In this document: piece after piece, positions 1-7,958 of the stretch
How the letters are laid out: each line of letters begins with the position of its first letter
How positions within the stretch are numbered: position 1 is the stretch's first letter
Translations under genes and position numbers: made by a program
DNA from: Candidatus Methylomirabilia bacterium
GTDB taxonomy: Bacteria; Methylomirabilota; Methylomirabilia; Rokubacteriales; CSP1-6
Direction of reading: 5' to 3'
NCBI GenBank assembly: GCA_046758965.1
Contig: JBHIBG010000030.1
Span: 1-30,148 of the forward strand
Length of the DNA stretch: 30,148 bases
Notes under the pieces: model-generated
Told to the model about the DNA's origin: nothing
Databases searched by the model: none
What the model saw: the letters and a program-made list of their open reading frames with translations, nothing else

Positions 1-2
1 AC

Positions 3-317
3 GGTACGCCCATTGGCACGACGGTGAACTGGAGCGTGGATGCCGGAGCTGCAGCGTATGACAGTTTTAAATTGAAGCGGTTCACGCCGAAATCGAAGAA
101 AGACCCTGCAGGTGGCGACGTGTTCAGCGCTACCGGAAGCGCAAATTCAGTCACCGTTAGCTTCAGGTTCACCGACTTACATCTTGACAAGAAGCGAGAT
201 GTAGAGATCGGGAACGCCCACTTCAAACTGTATCTCTGGATTGACAAAGACGGTAACGGCACTACGGAAACTCTGGCCGGCTACGGCGTCAACGTCCATG
301 TAGAGGACCCCCAGTAG
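3..317 (+). CDS. 3' part of a hypothetical protein, truncated at the window start
   Basis: The frame of ORF 24..317 is open back to position 3 (GGT ACG CCC ATT...). The product looks beta-rich (KLYLWIDKDGNG...YGVNVHVEDPQ) and ends at TAG 315-317. No family recognised. Confidence 0.55.
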   Translation, partial: GTPIGTTVNWSVDAGAAAYDSFKLKRFTPKSKKDPAGGDVFSATGSANSVTVSFRFTDLHLDKKRDVEIGNAHFKLYLWIDKDGNGTTETLAGYGVNVHVEDPQ

Positions 318-367
318 CGGACCATTGCGGACTGCCAAAGAAATGTCCTGTGGGCATCGACGGATAT

Positions 368-422
368 CCCCCTCACCCTTCGCTCTCCCCCTCGCAGGGG
401 GAGAGGATTAAAGGTGAGGGGG
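368..422. repeat. Nested palindromic (REP-like) element
   Basis: Outer perfect 10-bp inverted repeat CCCCCTCACC (368-377) / GGTGAGGGGG (413-422). Inner perfect 10-bp inverted repeat CTCTCCCCCT (383-392) / AGGGGGAGAG (396-405) with a 3-nt loop. It lies 50 nt after a stop codon. Confidence 0.75.
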
Positions 423-767
423 CTCGAGAGAGATCGGACATTAGAAATCCAGCAGTCAATAGTAGAAGCCCGGCGTTTGATACCCTCTGCTGATCCGCAC
501 AGGGAAGGGGCTCTCTCAGGAGAGCTCCTTCCCTGCTCTGGCCTAGAGCGTCGGGTAACAGAGCGATGCTTCCCCTCCGCACCGTTACATTGTGAAGAGC
601 CGCCTTCCGCTCTGAAATAGACGTTTCGGGTGATTTTCTGAAGAGTTGGGATCCGCCATTTCATCCTGCAAGCCTTTAGCCCGCCAGCCTACATTTCCCT
701 CTCGGGCCTGAGAAAAATTTCCCCAGTCTTTTCGCGATCTTGACCCTCCATGGGCTCCGTGGAGGTC

Positions 768-783
768 TGGCACCACGTTGGCA
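768..783 (+). promoter_or_regulatory. Candidate sigma-54 (-24/-12) promoter
   Basis: TGGCACCACGTTGGCA has GG-N10-GC spacing and a TGGCAC -24 box. It sits about 165 nt upstream of the ATG at 949. Confidence 0.35.
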
Positions 784-948
784 CATACCGCAAGGCGGGT
801 GTCCGGGCTTGCCGGGGATCCGACACCCCCACGGCTGGTCGGGCAAGCGCGTGGAACGGAGCTGATATCGGGCAAGTGATCGGCCTCGTGGGAGAGCCAG
901 CCCGGCGAGGGCGGGCAAAGCACGAGCGCGGGGAAAGGGAGGGGAGCG

Positions 949-1413
949 ATGGAGCTGATCGGAACGATAGTTGTGCTGCTGTTGGTAGGCCCAGTTCTGC
1001 TGTTTTGGGCGGTGGGGCTTCTGCTCCTGGTGGCGTCGCTCTTCCCCACCACTCTCCGCCCAACGGAGACCTTTTCCTGCCCCGTGACGGGGCGAGTCGT
1101 CACGGCGGAGTTCCTGGTGCGGGAGGGGGCCGCGCACCCGTCGGAGGTTGTCTCCTGCACGGCGTTCCCGAACCCCGAGGAGGTCAGCTGCGAGAAGCGC
1201 TGCCGGGAGGTCGCGGAGGCTCGCTGGGGGCTGTCCCGGATCTTCCCTCGCTGGGCCCTGATTGCGGATGGCTTCGTGACGTGGCGGAGTGTGGGGCCGG
1301 AGGGAAGTGACCTAGCAGCGAGCGCCAGTCGTGACGATCGGAACCACCTGGACGCTCCTTCGACCAGGAGCCCGATCTTGAGGGAGGGCGTTCAAAGTGG
1401 CCCGGCAGCCTGA
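949..1413 (+). CDS. Hypothetical membrane-anchored protein with a Cys-rich domain
   Basis: RBS-like GGGGAG before the ATG. A hydrophobic N-terminus of about 30 aa is followed by CPVTG...VVSCTAFP...SCEKRC (4 Cys). Confidence 0.65.
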   Translation: MELIGTIVVLLLVGPVLLFWAVGLLLLVASLFPTTLRPTETFSCPVTGRVVTAEFLVREGAAHPSEVVSCTAFPNPEEVSCEKRCREVAEARWGLSRIFPRWALIADGFVTWRSVGPEGSDLAASASRDDRNHLDAPSTRSPILREGVQSGPAA

Positions 1414-1800
1414 CTACTGATGACTGCTCGGGACAGAGGTCGCGGGTGGAGTTCGTGAGCTCGGGTAAGCCGTGCCCTCCGTGAGCCGCGGCCGTGACTG
1501 GGGCAGCCAGGAGGCGGGCCCGCCGGACAGGCGAGCGATCATCTGCCGTAGTTCCGGTCGATCTCCGGCAGCCGCTTCGGTCTGCCCGAGGTCATTCAGC
1601 GGAAGGTAGGGTACGCGCGGCAGCCGCGATCGTCCAGCACCTCGTAGCCGCATTCTTGGTTGCCGCCGTGTGAGGCGGCAGGTCCCCAGGTGGGGCGCTG
1701 ATACCTCGCCATCTTTCTCGTTCCTGGTCCCTGAACGAAAGGGGTTTGATTGTAAGATCAGGCGGATAAGCCTTCTCCTAAATCCCGGCACCGGTCTTGC

Positions 1801-1816
1801 TAGTGCATTTGACTCA
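1801..1816. promoter_or_regulatory. Imperfect palindromic site (TGAnnCAnnTGnnTCA type) upstream of the PAS-LuxR gene
   Basis: TAGTGCATTTGACTCA matches the CA-nn-TG-nn-TCA part of the palindrome at 2592-2607. Confidence 0.4.
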
Positions 1817-1868
1817 GGATAGGATTGGGGGGGAAACTTCGATCGGGCCGCCTTATTAGGAGGGGACG

Positions 1869-2498
1869 ATGGACCTAGACGGGCTCCTCACTCAGACCGC
1901 CGACGGGGTCTTCGCGGTGACCCCAGACGGCAAGATCGCGTTGTGGAACCGGGCGGCGGAGGCGATTCTTGGGTATTCTGCCAAGGAGGTACTTGGCAGG
2001 CGCTGCTGTGACGTGCTGGTGGGGCGGGATACGGCGGGGAACCGCCTCTGCTACCAGGGCTGCCACCCGATGATGCTGGTCCAGCGCGGTGACCTGGTCC
2101 AGAACTTCGACATGGCCACGCGGACCAAGGCGGGGAAGCCGGTATGGGTCAACGTGAGCACAGTGGTGGTGCCTGGCAGCCGCAACGGTCTTCAAACCAT
2201 CGTTCACCTCATCCGGGACGTCACGGCTTCGCACGAGCTGGAAGCGCTCGTCAGGGAGCGGCTGGCCGCGCCCCGGCCCGCCTCTTCCGAAGGCGAGTGC
2301 CCCCTTGGGGCCCTGACCCGGCGCGAGCGGGAGGTGCTCCGGTTGATGGCGCAGGGCGCCAGCACGAGAGTCATGGCTCAAAAGCTCAACGTCAGCCCTG
2401 CCACCGTGCGGAACCACGTCCAGAACATCTTGGGCAAGGTCGGAGCCCACAGCCGCCTGGAGGCCGTCGCACAGGCGACCAACAGCGGTTTGCTGTAG
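1869..2498 (+). CDS. PAS-domain LuxR/NarL-type transcriptional regulator
   Basis: RBS AGGAGG. N-terminal PAS motif (DGVFAV...WNRAAEAILGYSAKEVLGR) and C-terminal LuxR HTH (LTRREREVLRLMAQG...SPATVRNHVQNILGK...SRLEAV). Confidence 0.92.
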   Translation: MDLDGLLTQTADGVFAVTPDGKIALWNRAAEAILGYSAKEVLGRRCCDVLVGRDTAGNRLCYQGCHPMMLVQRGDLVQNFDMATRTKAGKPVWVNVSTVVVPGSRNGLQTIVHLIRDVTASHELEALVRERLAAPRPASSEGECPLGALTRREREVLRLMAQGASTRVMAQKLNVSPATVRNHVQNILGKVGAHSRLEAVAQATNSGLL

Positions 2499-2591
2499 CG
2501 GACCACCGCCTCTCAGATCTCGACCAGCGCGGCGGTGCGGGATCGTGGCCCTCGCTGACATGCAGCGGAGGGCCGGTTTGTTCAGTCAATC

Positions 2592-2607
2592 TGATTCATT
2601 TGCATCA
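2592..2607. promoter_or_regulatory. Palindromic site TGA-nn-CA-nn-TG-nn-TCA upstream of the tetR-bcr operon
   Basis: TGATTCATTTGCATCA in an AT-rich intergenic patch; a related copy lies at 1801-1816. Confidence 0.45.
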
Positions 2608-2642
2608 TAAAAATGAGGCAATCGGCGGATTGTCAATATCCC

Positions 2643-2699
2643 CACCGAACAGCTAGCCTAACAGCTAAACGGTCAGGTGTTCGGTGAGGAGTTCGGTGA
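2643..2699. promoter_or_regulatory. Candidate TetR operator region (inverted and direct repeats)
   Basis: Inverted repeat CACCGAACA (2643-2651) / TGTTCGGTG (2678-2686). Direct repeats AACAGCTA (2648, 2660) and GTTCGGTGA (2679, 2691), both 12 nt apart. The region overlaps the tetR start. Confidence 0.45.
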
Positions 2700-3337
2700 A
2701 GATTGAAGAGCGGTACCCGGAAATCATTCAGGCGGCGCTGGAAACTTTCGCCCGGCGTGGCTACCATCAGGCGTCGATCCGCGAGATCGCTCGGGCTGCG
2801 GATCTCTCGCTTGCGGGGCTTTATCACTACGTCAAGAGCAAGGACGAGCTCCTCTTCCTCGTGATCGACGCCTCCCTGGACGGCCTCCTCGGCAAGCTGG
2901 AGGCTGCGGTGGCCGAGGCCGTGAACCCCGAGGCCAAGCTCCTGGCCCTCATCCGCACCCACCTGGAGTTCGCCTTCCATCAGGGCGCCGCGCTCAAGGT
3001 GATCAACCGGGACATCGAGGCTCTCGCCGAGCCCCACCGCACCGCTGCGGCCACGAAGCGCCACTCCTACCTCCTGCGAGGGCTCGAGCTGCTCCGGGCC
3101 TTGGACCCTCACGGGCGCTCCGACGACGAGCTGCTCGACGCCACCAACCTGCTCCTCGGCATGCTGAACGGCATCGCCACCCGTCCGTTCATGACGCCTT
3201 CCGGCACGGAGCGCAACGTCGCTGAGGTCGTCAAGAACCTGTTCCTCTGCGGGTTTCTCGAGACAGGCCGGGGCCCCGCGCCCTCGCCCGCCAGACTGCC
3301 CGGAGCCAGGCCCGGGGAGGCCGGCTATGTCAGTTGA
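2684..3337 (+). CDS. TetR/AcrR-family repressor (PaaR/KstR2-like acyl-CoA-sensing type); start may be GTG 2696
   Basis: N-terminal TetR HTH (IIQAALETFARRGYHQASIREIARAADLSLAGLYHYVKSKDELL). Its 3' end overlaps the bcrC start. Confidence 0.9.
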   Translation: MRSSVKIEERYPEIIQAALETFARRGYHQASIREIARAADLSLAGLYHYVKSKDELLFLVIDASLDGLLGKLEAAVAEAVNPEAKLLALIRTHLEFAFHQGAALKVINRDIEALAEPHRTAAATKRHSYLLRGLELLRALDPHGRSDDELLDATNLLLGMLNGIATRPFMTPSGTERNVAEVVKNLFLCGFLETGRGPAPSPARLPGARPGEAGYVS

Positions 3338-4481
3338 GAACTCCGTCGAGCGGGCCCGCGCTCTCGTCGAGACCCCGGTGGATCGGGTTGTGGAGCAGTG
3401 GAAGCTTGACCACCCGGATCAAAAGGTCGTCGGCTGGTTTCCGGTCTACAGCCCGGTTGAGCTGACCTACGCGGCCGGGAGGCTCCCGATCGGGGTCATG
3501 GGCGGAGGCAGCCAGATCGAGATCGCCCATGCCGATTCTCGCTTTCAGTCGTTCGTCTGCTCGATCGTCAAGAGCAGTCTGGAGCTTGGTCTCACCGGCC
3601 AGCTCAAGGGCCTGGACGGCATGATCTTCCACTCCATCTGTGATCCCGCCAAGAACCTGGCGAGCGTCGTGCGACGCAACTTTCCCGAACTGTGGGTGGA
3701 GTTCATTCATTTCCCCCAGAATCTGACCTCGCCCCTGGCCGAGGACTACCTCGTTGCGGAGTACAAGCGGATCGTCGATAGCCTGGCAGAGCTCGACGGG
3801 CGATCGGTCGGCGTAGACGATCTCACGAGGAGCATCGCTGTCTACAACGAGAACCGGGCCCGCATTCGTCGGCTCTACCAGATCCGGAGGGAGACCCCTC
3901 AGCTCCTGTCGGCCACCGAGAGCTATGTGCTCATGCGAGCGGGAACCTTCATGCTTCCCGAGGAGCACACGGCGTTGCTGGACGAGGTGCTGGACGGCCT
4001 CCGCCGCCGGGAAGTCAGACCGAAAGACCGGATCCGGATCGTGCTCGAGGGCTCGTTCTGCGAGCAGCCGCCCCTGGAGCTGATCCAGTCCATCGAGGAG
4101 GCGGGGTGCGACATCCTCGATGATGATTTACTCCTCGGCCCTCGCTGGTTCCTGGACGACGTGCCGCTCGAAGGCGACCCCATTCGGGCCCTGGCGCGGA
4201 GCTACATCGACGGGAGCATCAGCTCGAGTGTCAAGCACGACCTGCGGCGGGCCAAGGCCGAGCCGCTCCTGGAGAAGGTCGGGCGGACGCGCGCCCAGGC
4301 CGTTGTCGTCCTGGCGGCGAAGTTCTGCGAGCCGGCCCTGTTCGACTACGCCCTGTACCGGAAGGCCCTGGACGACGCGCAGATTCCCCATGTCTTTCTG
4401 GAGTTCGAGGAGAAGATGTGGATCTTCGACAAGATCCGGAGTGAAGTGGAGACGTTTGTCGAGTCGATGCTCCTCGACTGA
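3327..4481 (+). CDS. bcrC: Benzoyl-CoA reductase subunit C-like (BcrC/BadD/HgdB family)
   Basis: Motifs shared with Thauera BcrC: PVYSPVEL..AAGRLPIGVMGGG, SICD, SIAVYNENR, GSFCEQPPLELIQSIEEAGCDILDDD, FCEPAL. Confidence 0.85.
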   Translation: MSVENSVERARALVETPVDRVVEQWKLDHPDQKVVGWFPVYSPVELTYAAGRLPIGVMGGGSQIEIAHADSRFQSFVCSIVKSSLELGLTGQLKGLDGMIFHSICDPAKNLASVVRRNFPELWVEFIHFPQNLTSPLAEDYLVAEYKRIVDSLAELDGRSVGVDDLTRSIAVYNENRARIRRLYQIRRETPQLLSATESYVLMRAGTFMLPEEHTALLDEVLDGLRRREVRPKDRIRIVLEGSFCEQPPLELIQSIEEAGCDILDDDLLLGPRWFLDDVPLEGDPIRALARSYIDGSISSSVKHDLRRAKAEPLLEKVGRTRAQAVVVLAAKFCEPALFDYALYRKALDDAQIPHVFLEFEEKMWIFDKIRSEVETFVESMLLD

Positions 4482-4491
4482 GGAGGAGGCG

Positions 4492-5751
4492 ATGGCCACG
4501 AGCCGTTATCAGGGACAGATCCACGAGCTCCAGAAGGAGCTGATGGGCCGGTATTATCAGGAGCTGACCCGGGCCGCGGAAACGGGCCAGGGCCGGAGCG
4601 CGTGGATGCTCATCAGCGGCAATCCGGTGGAGCTGGTCCGAGCCCTCGACCTGCTCCCCGTGTATCCAGAGGTGAACGTGCTCCAGCTCGGCGTGAGGCG
4701 GCAAGCGCTTCCCCTGATCCAGAAGGCGGAGGAGCTGGGGTACTCCATCGACAACTGCGCCTACGTGAAGGCCGATATCGGCCTCTTCTTCTCGGGCCTC
4801 AAGACCCCCTTCGCCACGATCCCCCGGCCCGCCCTGATCCTCTGCAACTACGTGGGGTGTGGGGTATATCTGCAGTGGTTCGAGCACCTGGCGGAGTACA
4901 CGGGGGCCCCCACCTTCAACCTGGACATTCCGACCGTCCGGGAGCCGTCGGGCCGAATCCTCCCCGACGACGTCCGGTACGTGGTCAAGCAGCTGGAGGA
5001 GTTGATCGGTCTCTGCGAGCGGATCACGGGGCGATCGCTGGACGAGGCCAAGCTGCGACAGATCCTCGCCTGGTCAAAGGAGACCGGAGACCTCTGGTCG
5101 GAGATCAAGGGGCTCACCAAGGCTGTTCCCTCTCCCTTCGACGCCTTCTTCGATGCGGTGACGCTGATGGGACCCCTCTACTGCCTCCGGGGCACTGAGG
5201 ACGGGGTCGCCTTCTTCCGGGAGGCCGAGAGGGAGCTGAGCGAACGAGCGCGCCAGAAGATCGGCCCGCTTCCCGAGGAGCGGTTCCGGATCGTCATGGA
5301 AGGCCCCCCCCCGTGGCCGTATCTCAGGGTCTTTCGCGACCTGTTCAGCAAATGGGGAGCGGTGGTGGTCGCCTCGACCTATTCGACCGTGGGAGGGCTC
5401 TGGGAGTTCGGCTTCCGCCACGATCCGAATCGCCCTCTCGAGTCGATCGCCGAACACATGCTTCAGTACAACCTCACGAACCGGAGCTTCCTCCAGCGGT
5501 ACGAGCAGATCAAGCAGTACATCGACGAGTGGGGAGCCGATGCCCTGGTGATCCACTCGGTGAAGAGCTGCCGCCTCTTCTCCGCGGGGCAGGGGGACAT
5601 GCGGGAGTACTTCTCCAAGGAGCTGGGAGTCCCTACCCTTCTCGTCGAGTCTGATCTCGAAGATCCTCGTTACTTCTCCGAGGCTCAGATGCGAAACCGG
5701 ATCGACGCGTTCTTCGAGGCCCTGGAGCACAAGAAGCTGGTGCGGGCATAG
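4492..5751 (+). CDS. bcrB: Benzoyl-CoA reductase subunit B-like (BcrB/BadE)
   Basis: RBS AGGAGGAGG then ATG 4492; the ORF-track start at 4120 is an overlap artefact. BcrB motifs: [52 protein letters not shown]. Confidence 0.87.
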   Translation: MATSRYQGQIHELQKELMGRYYQELTRAAETGQGRSAWMLISGNPVELVRALDLLPVYPEVNVLQLGVRRQALPLIQKAEELGYSIDNCAYVKADIGLFFSGLKTPFATIPRPALILCNYVGCGVYLQWFEHLAEYTGAPTFNLDIPTVREPSGRILPDDVRYVVKQLEELIGLCERITGRSLDEAKLRQILAWSKETGDLWSEIKGLTKAVPSPFDAFFDAVTLMGPLYCLRGTEDGVAFFREAERELSERARQKIGPLPEERFRIVMEGPPPWPYLRVFRDLFSKWGAVVVASTYSTVGGLWEFGFRHDPNRPLESIAEHMLQYNLTNRSFLQRYEQIKQYIDEWGADALVIHSVKSCRLFSAGQGDMREYFSKELGVPTLLVESDLEDPRYFSEAQMRNRIDAFFEALEHKKLVRA

Positions 5752-5764
5752 GGGGATACAGCGC

Positions 5765-6568
5765 ATGCTGATCGGCGCGGGCGTGGATGTGGGATCGACC
5801 CAGACCAAAGCCATACTCCTGAACGAGCGGCGGGAGGTAGCAGCGCGGGCCCTGATCGACACGGGCGCGAACGTGACGAAAGCCGCCGAGCGAGCGTTCG
5901 ACGAGGTTCTCGGCAGCGCCGGCCTCCCGCGAGCCGAGGTGGCTTATGTCGTGGGGACCGGCTACGGGCGGTACAAGGTGACGTTCGGGGATGCCCAGAT
6001 CACCGAGATCAGCTGCCACGCCAAAGGCGCCGCCTTTGTCTTTCCCGGTACCCGGACGGTGATCGACATGGGCGGCCAGGATGCCAAGGGGATCCGCGTC
6101 GGGGCGGGCGGGGAGGTTCAGGACTTCGCGATGAACGACAAGTGCGCGGCCGGGACCGGACGGTTCCTGGCCAATGCGGCCGAAGCCATCGGCTTGAGCC
6201 TCGACGAGATCGGGGAGCTCTCCCTTCAGGCGCGCCAGCCGGTGCGCCTCTCAACCGTCTGCACCGTTTTCGTGGAGTCCGACATCATGGCCTACCTGGG
6301 TCAGGGGAAGAAGGTGGAGGACATTCTGGGAGGCGTCCACAGCGCGATTGCGGCGCGGACCGTGGCGCTCGTCCGCCGGGTGGGCCTCGAGCCGGAGATC
6401 ACCTTTACGGGAGGGGTGGCCCGGAACATCGGGATGGTGCGCGCCCTGGAAGAGAAGCTCGGGACCTCGCTGAACTTGAGCCCCGAGTCCCATTTCATGG
6501 GGGCCCTCGGGGCGGCCCTGTGGGCCCTGGAGCGGGCGGAGTCCCCGGCCCCGGTGACGGCGAGGTGA
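5765..6568 (+). CDS. bcrA: ASKHA ATPase electron-activating subunit, BcrA/BzdQ/HgdC-like (short, 267 aa)
   Basis: [62 protein letters not shown]. Confidence 0.75.
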   Translation: MLIGAGVDVGSTQTKAILLNERREVAARALIDTGANVTKAAERAFDEVLGSAGLPRAEVAYVVGTGYGRYKVTFGDAQITEISCHAKGAAFVFPGTRTVIDMGGQDAKGIRVGAGGEVQDFAMNDKCAAGTGRFLANAAEAIGLSLDEIGELSLQARQPVRLSTVCTVFVESDIMAYLGQGKKVEDILGGVHSAIAARTVALVRRVGLEPEITFTGGVARNIGMVRALEEKLGTSLNLSPESHFMGALGAALWALERAESPAPVTAR

Positions 6569-6573
6569 CGGGC

Positions 6574-7380
6574 ATGCTCTTCGTGGCGGGCATTGACATC
6601 GGCTCGCGGGTGACCAAGGCGGTGATCCTCGATGAGGCCCGGGTGCTCAGAGGAAAGGGGGTTGTCCGAACGCGGCCAGATTTCCCCGGGGTGGCGCGGG
6701 AAGCGCTGACCCAGGCCCTGGCAGGAGCACGGCTGGCGGAGGGGGAGCTGGCGTACACCGCGACCACCGGCTTCGGCCGCTACAACGTCCCGTTCCGGGA
6801 CATTCAGATCACGGACATGACCTGCGGGGCGCGAGGGGCCTCGTTCCTCTTCTCCGGCACCACCTGCGTGCTGGACATCGGCTGCCAGTCGACCCGGGCG
6901 GTCAGGGTGCGCGAAGGGGGCAAGGTCAAGGAGTTCCGGACCAACGACAAGTGCGCTGCCGGGGCCGGAGGCTTCATCGAGCGGGCGGCCCGCTACCTCG
7001 AGGTCGGGCTCGAGGAGGTCGGCGGGCTGTCGCTTCAGGCGGACTCTCCCCAGTCGATCTCCAGTGTCTGCGCGGTGCTGGCGGAGTCGGAGATCATCAA
7101 CCACTTGACTGCGGGGGTGAGCGTGGAGAACATCATGCGGGGGATTCACCTCTCCCTTGCCAACCGAGCCCTGGCGCTGCTCAAGCGGGTGGCGATGGAG
7201 CCCGAGCTCACGTTCATCGGCGGCGTGGCCAGGCAGGCGGGGATGGTGAAGGCCCTGGAAGCGACCGTCGGGATGAGGGTTAACGTCCCGGCTGAGCCCG
7301 AGATGGTCGGGGCGTTGGGCGCGGCCCTCCTGGGCCTGGGGCGGCTCCAGAAGCTTCGTCTCGGCCCCGTTGCCGCCTGA
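6574..7380 (+). CDS. bcrD: Second ASKHA ATPase subunit, BcrD/BzdP-like (268 aa)
   Basis: ATG 6574, in frame within ORF 6142..7380. GIDIGSRVTKA, LDIG, NDKCAAGAGGFIE, SSVCAVLAESE, IGGVA. Confidence 0.75.
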   Translation: MLFVAGIDIGSRVTKAVILDEARVLRGKGVVRTRPDFPGVAREALTQALAGARLAEGELAYTATTGFGRYNVPFRDIQITDMTCGARGASFLFSGTTCVLDIGCQSTRAVRVREGGKVKEFRTNDKCAAGAGGFIERAARYLEVGLEEVGGLSLQADSPQSISSVCAVLAESEIINHLTAGVSVENIMRGIHLSLANRALALLKRVAMEPELTFIGGVARQAGMVKALEATVGMRVNVPAEPEMVGALGAALLGLGRLQKLRLGPVAA

Positions 7381-7388
7381 GGGGAACC

Positions 7389-7958
7389 GTGAACAGGTCT
7401 CGTCCTCCTACCAGCCTGCACCACCACCATCAAGCGACCACCCCTACCGCGATGCTCCGCGACGAGCACGAGGTGATCCTCAGGGCTCTCGCGCTTCTTG
7501 AGCGACTCGGTGAACGCCTTGAAGCCGGCCGGCCGGTTGACCGGAAGGCCCTGAGCTGGCTCGTCGATTTCTTCCGGACCTTCGCTGACCGTTGCCACCA
7601 CGGCAAGGAGGAGCAGCATCTCTTTCCCGCCCTTGAGCGGCACGGCGTCCCGAGAGAAGGTGGTCCCCTAGGGGTGATGCTCCAGGAGCACGAGGAAGGC
7701 CGAGGCCTGGTCCGGGTGATGGCGCAGGGAGACGAGCGGCTGACGGCGGAGGCCATTCGAGGCTACCTGGCCCTCCTTCGCGCCCATATCGACAAGGAGA
7801 ACGGGGTGCTCTTTCCGCTAGCCGAACAGGTTCTCCCAGAGGAGGAGCGACGGGCCCTCGTGCACGCCTTCCAGGCGGTGGAGCAGGCGGTGGTCGGCCC
7901 GGGCGTCCATGAGCGCCTGTTGGGCGAGCTCGCCCGGCTCGAACAGGAGGCAAGGTGA
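7389..7958 (+). CDS. Hemerythrin-like (HHE cation-binding) protein
   Basis: LRDEHEVI, HHGKEEQHLFP, EHEEGR and HIDKENGVLFP di-iron motifs. Its stop overlaps the padB start (GTGA). Confidence 0.88.
   Translation: MNRSRPPTSLHHHHQATTPTAMLRDEHEVILRALALLERLGERLEAGRPVDRKALSWLVDFFRTFADRCHHGKEEQHLFPALERHGVPREGGPLGVMLQEHEEGRGLVRVMAQGDERLTAEAIRGYLALLRAHIDKENGVLFPLAEQVLPEEERRALVHAFQAVEQAVVGPGVHERLLGELARLEQEAR

Noticed and set aside
1414..1791. Minus-strand 125-aa ORF or possible gene remnant
   Set aside because: No recognisable family in the frames read; Arg/Pro-rich composition.
4120..4491. N-terminal extension of bcrB in the ORF track
   Set aside because: It overlaps bcrC in another frame, is Ser/Arg/Thr-rich, and a strong RBS precedes ATG 4492.
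6142..6573. Extension that would make the second ATPase 412 aa (BcrA-sized)
   Set aside because: It overlaps the first ATPase gene out of frame; the ASKHA motif starts at ATG 6574.
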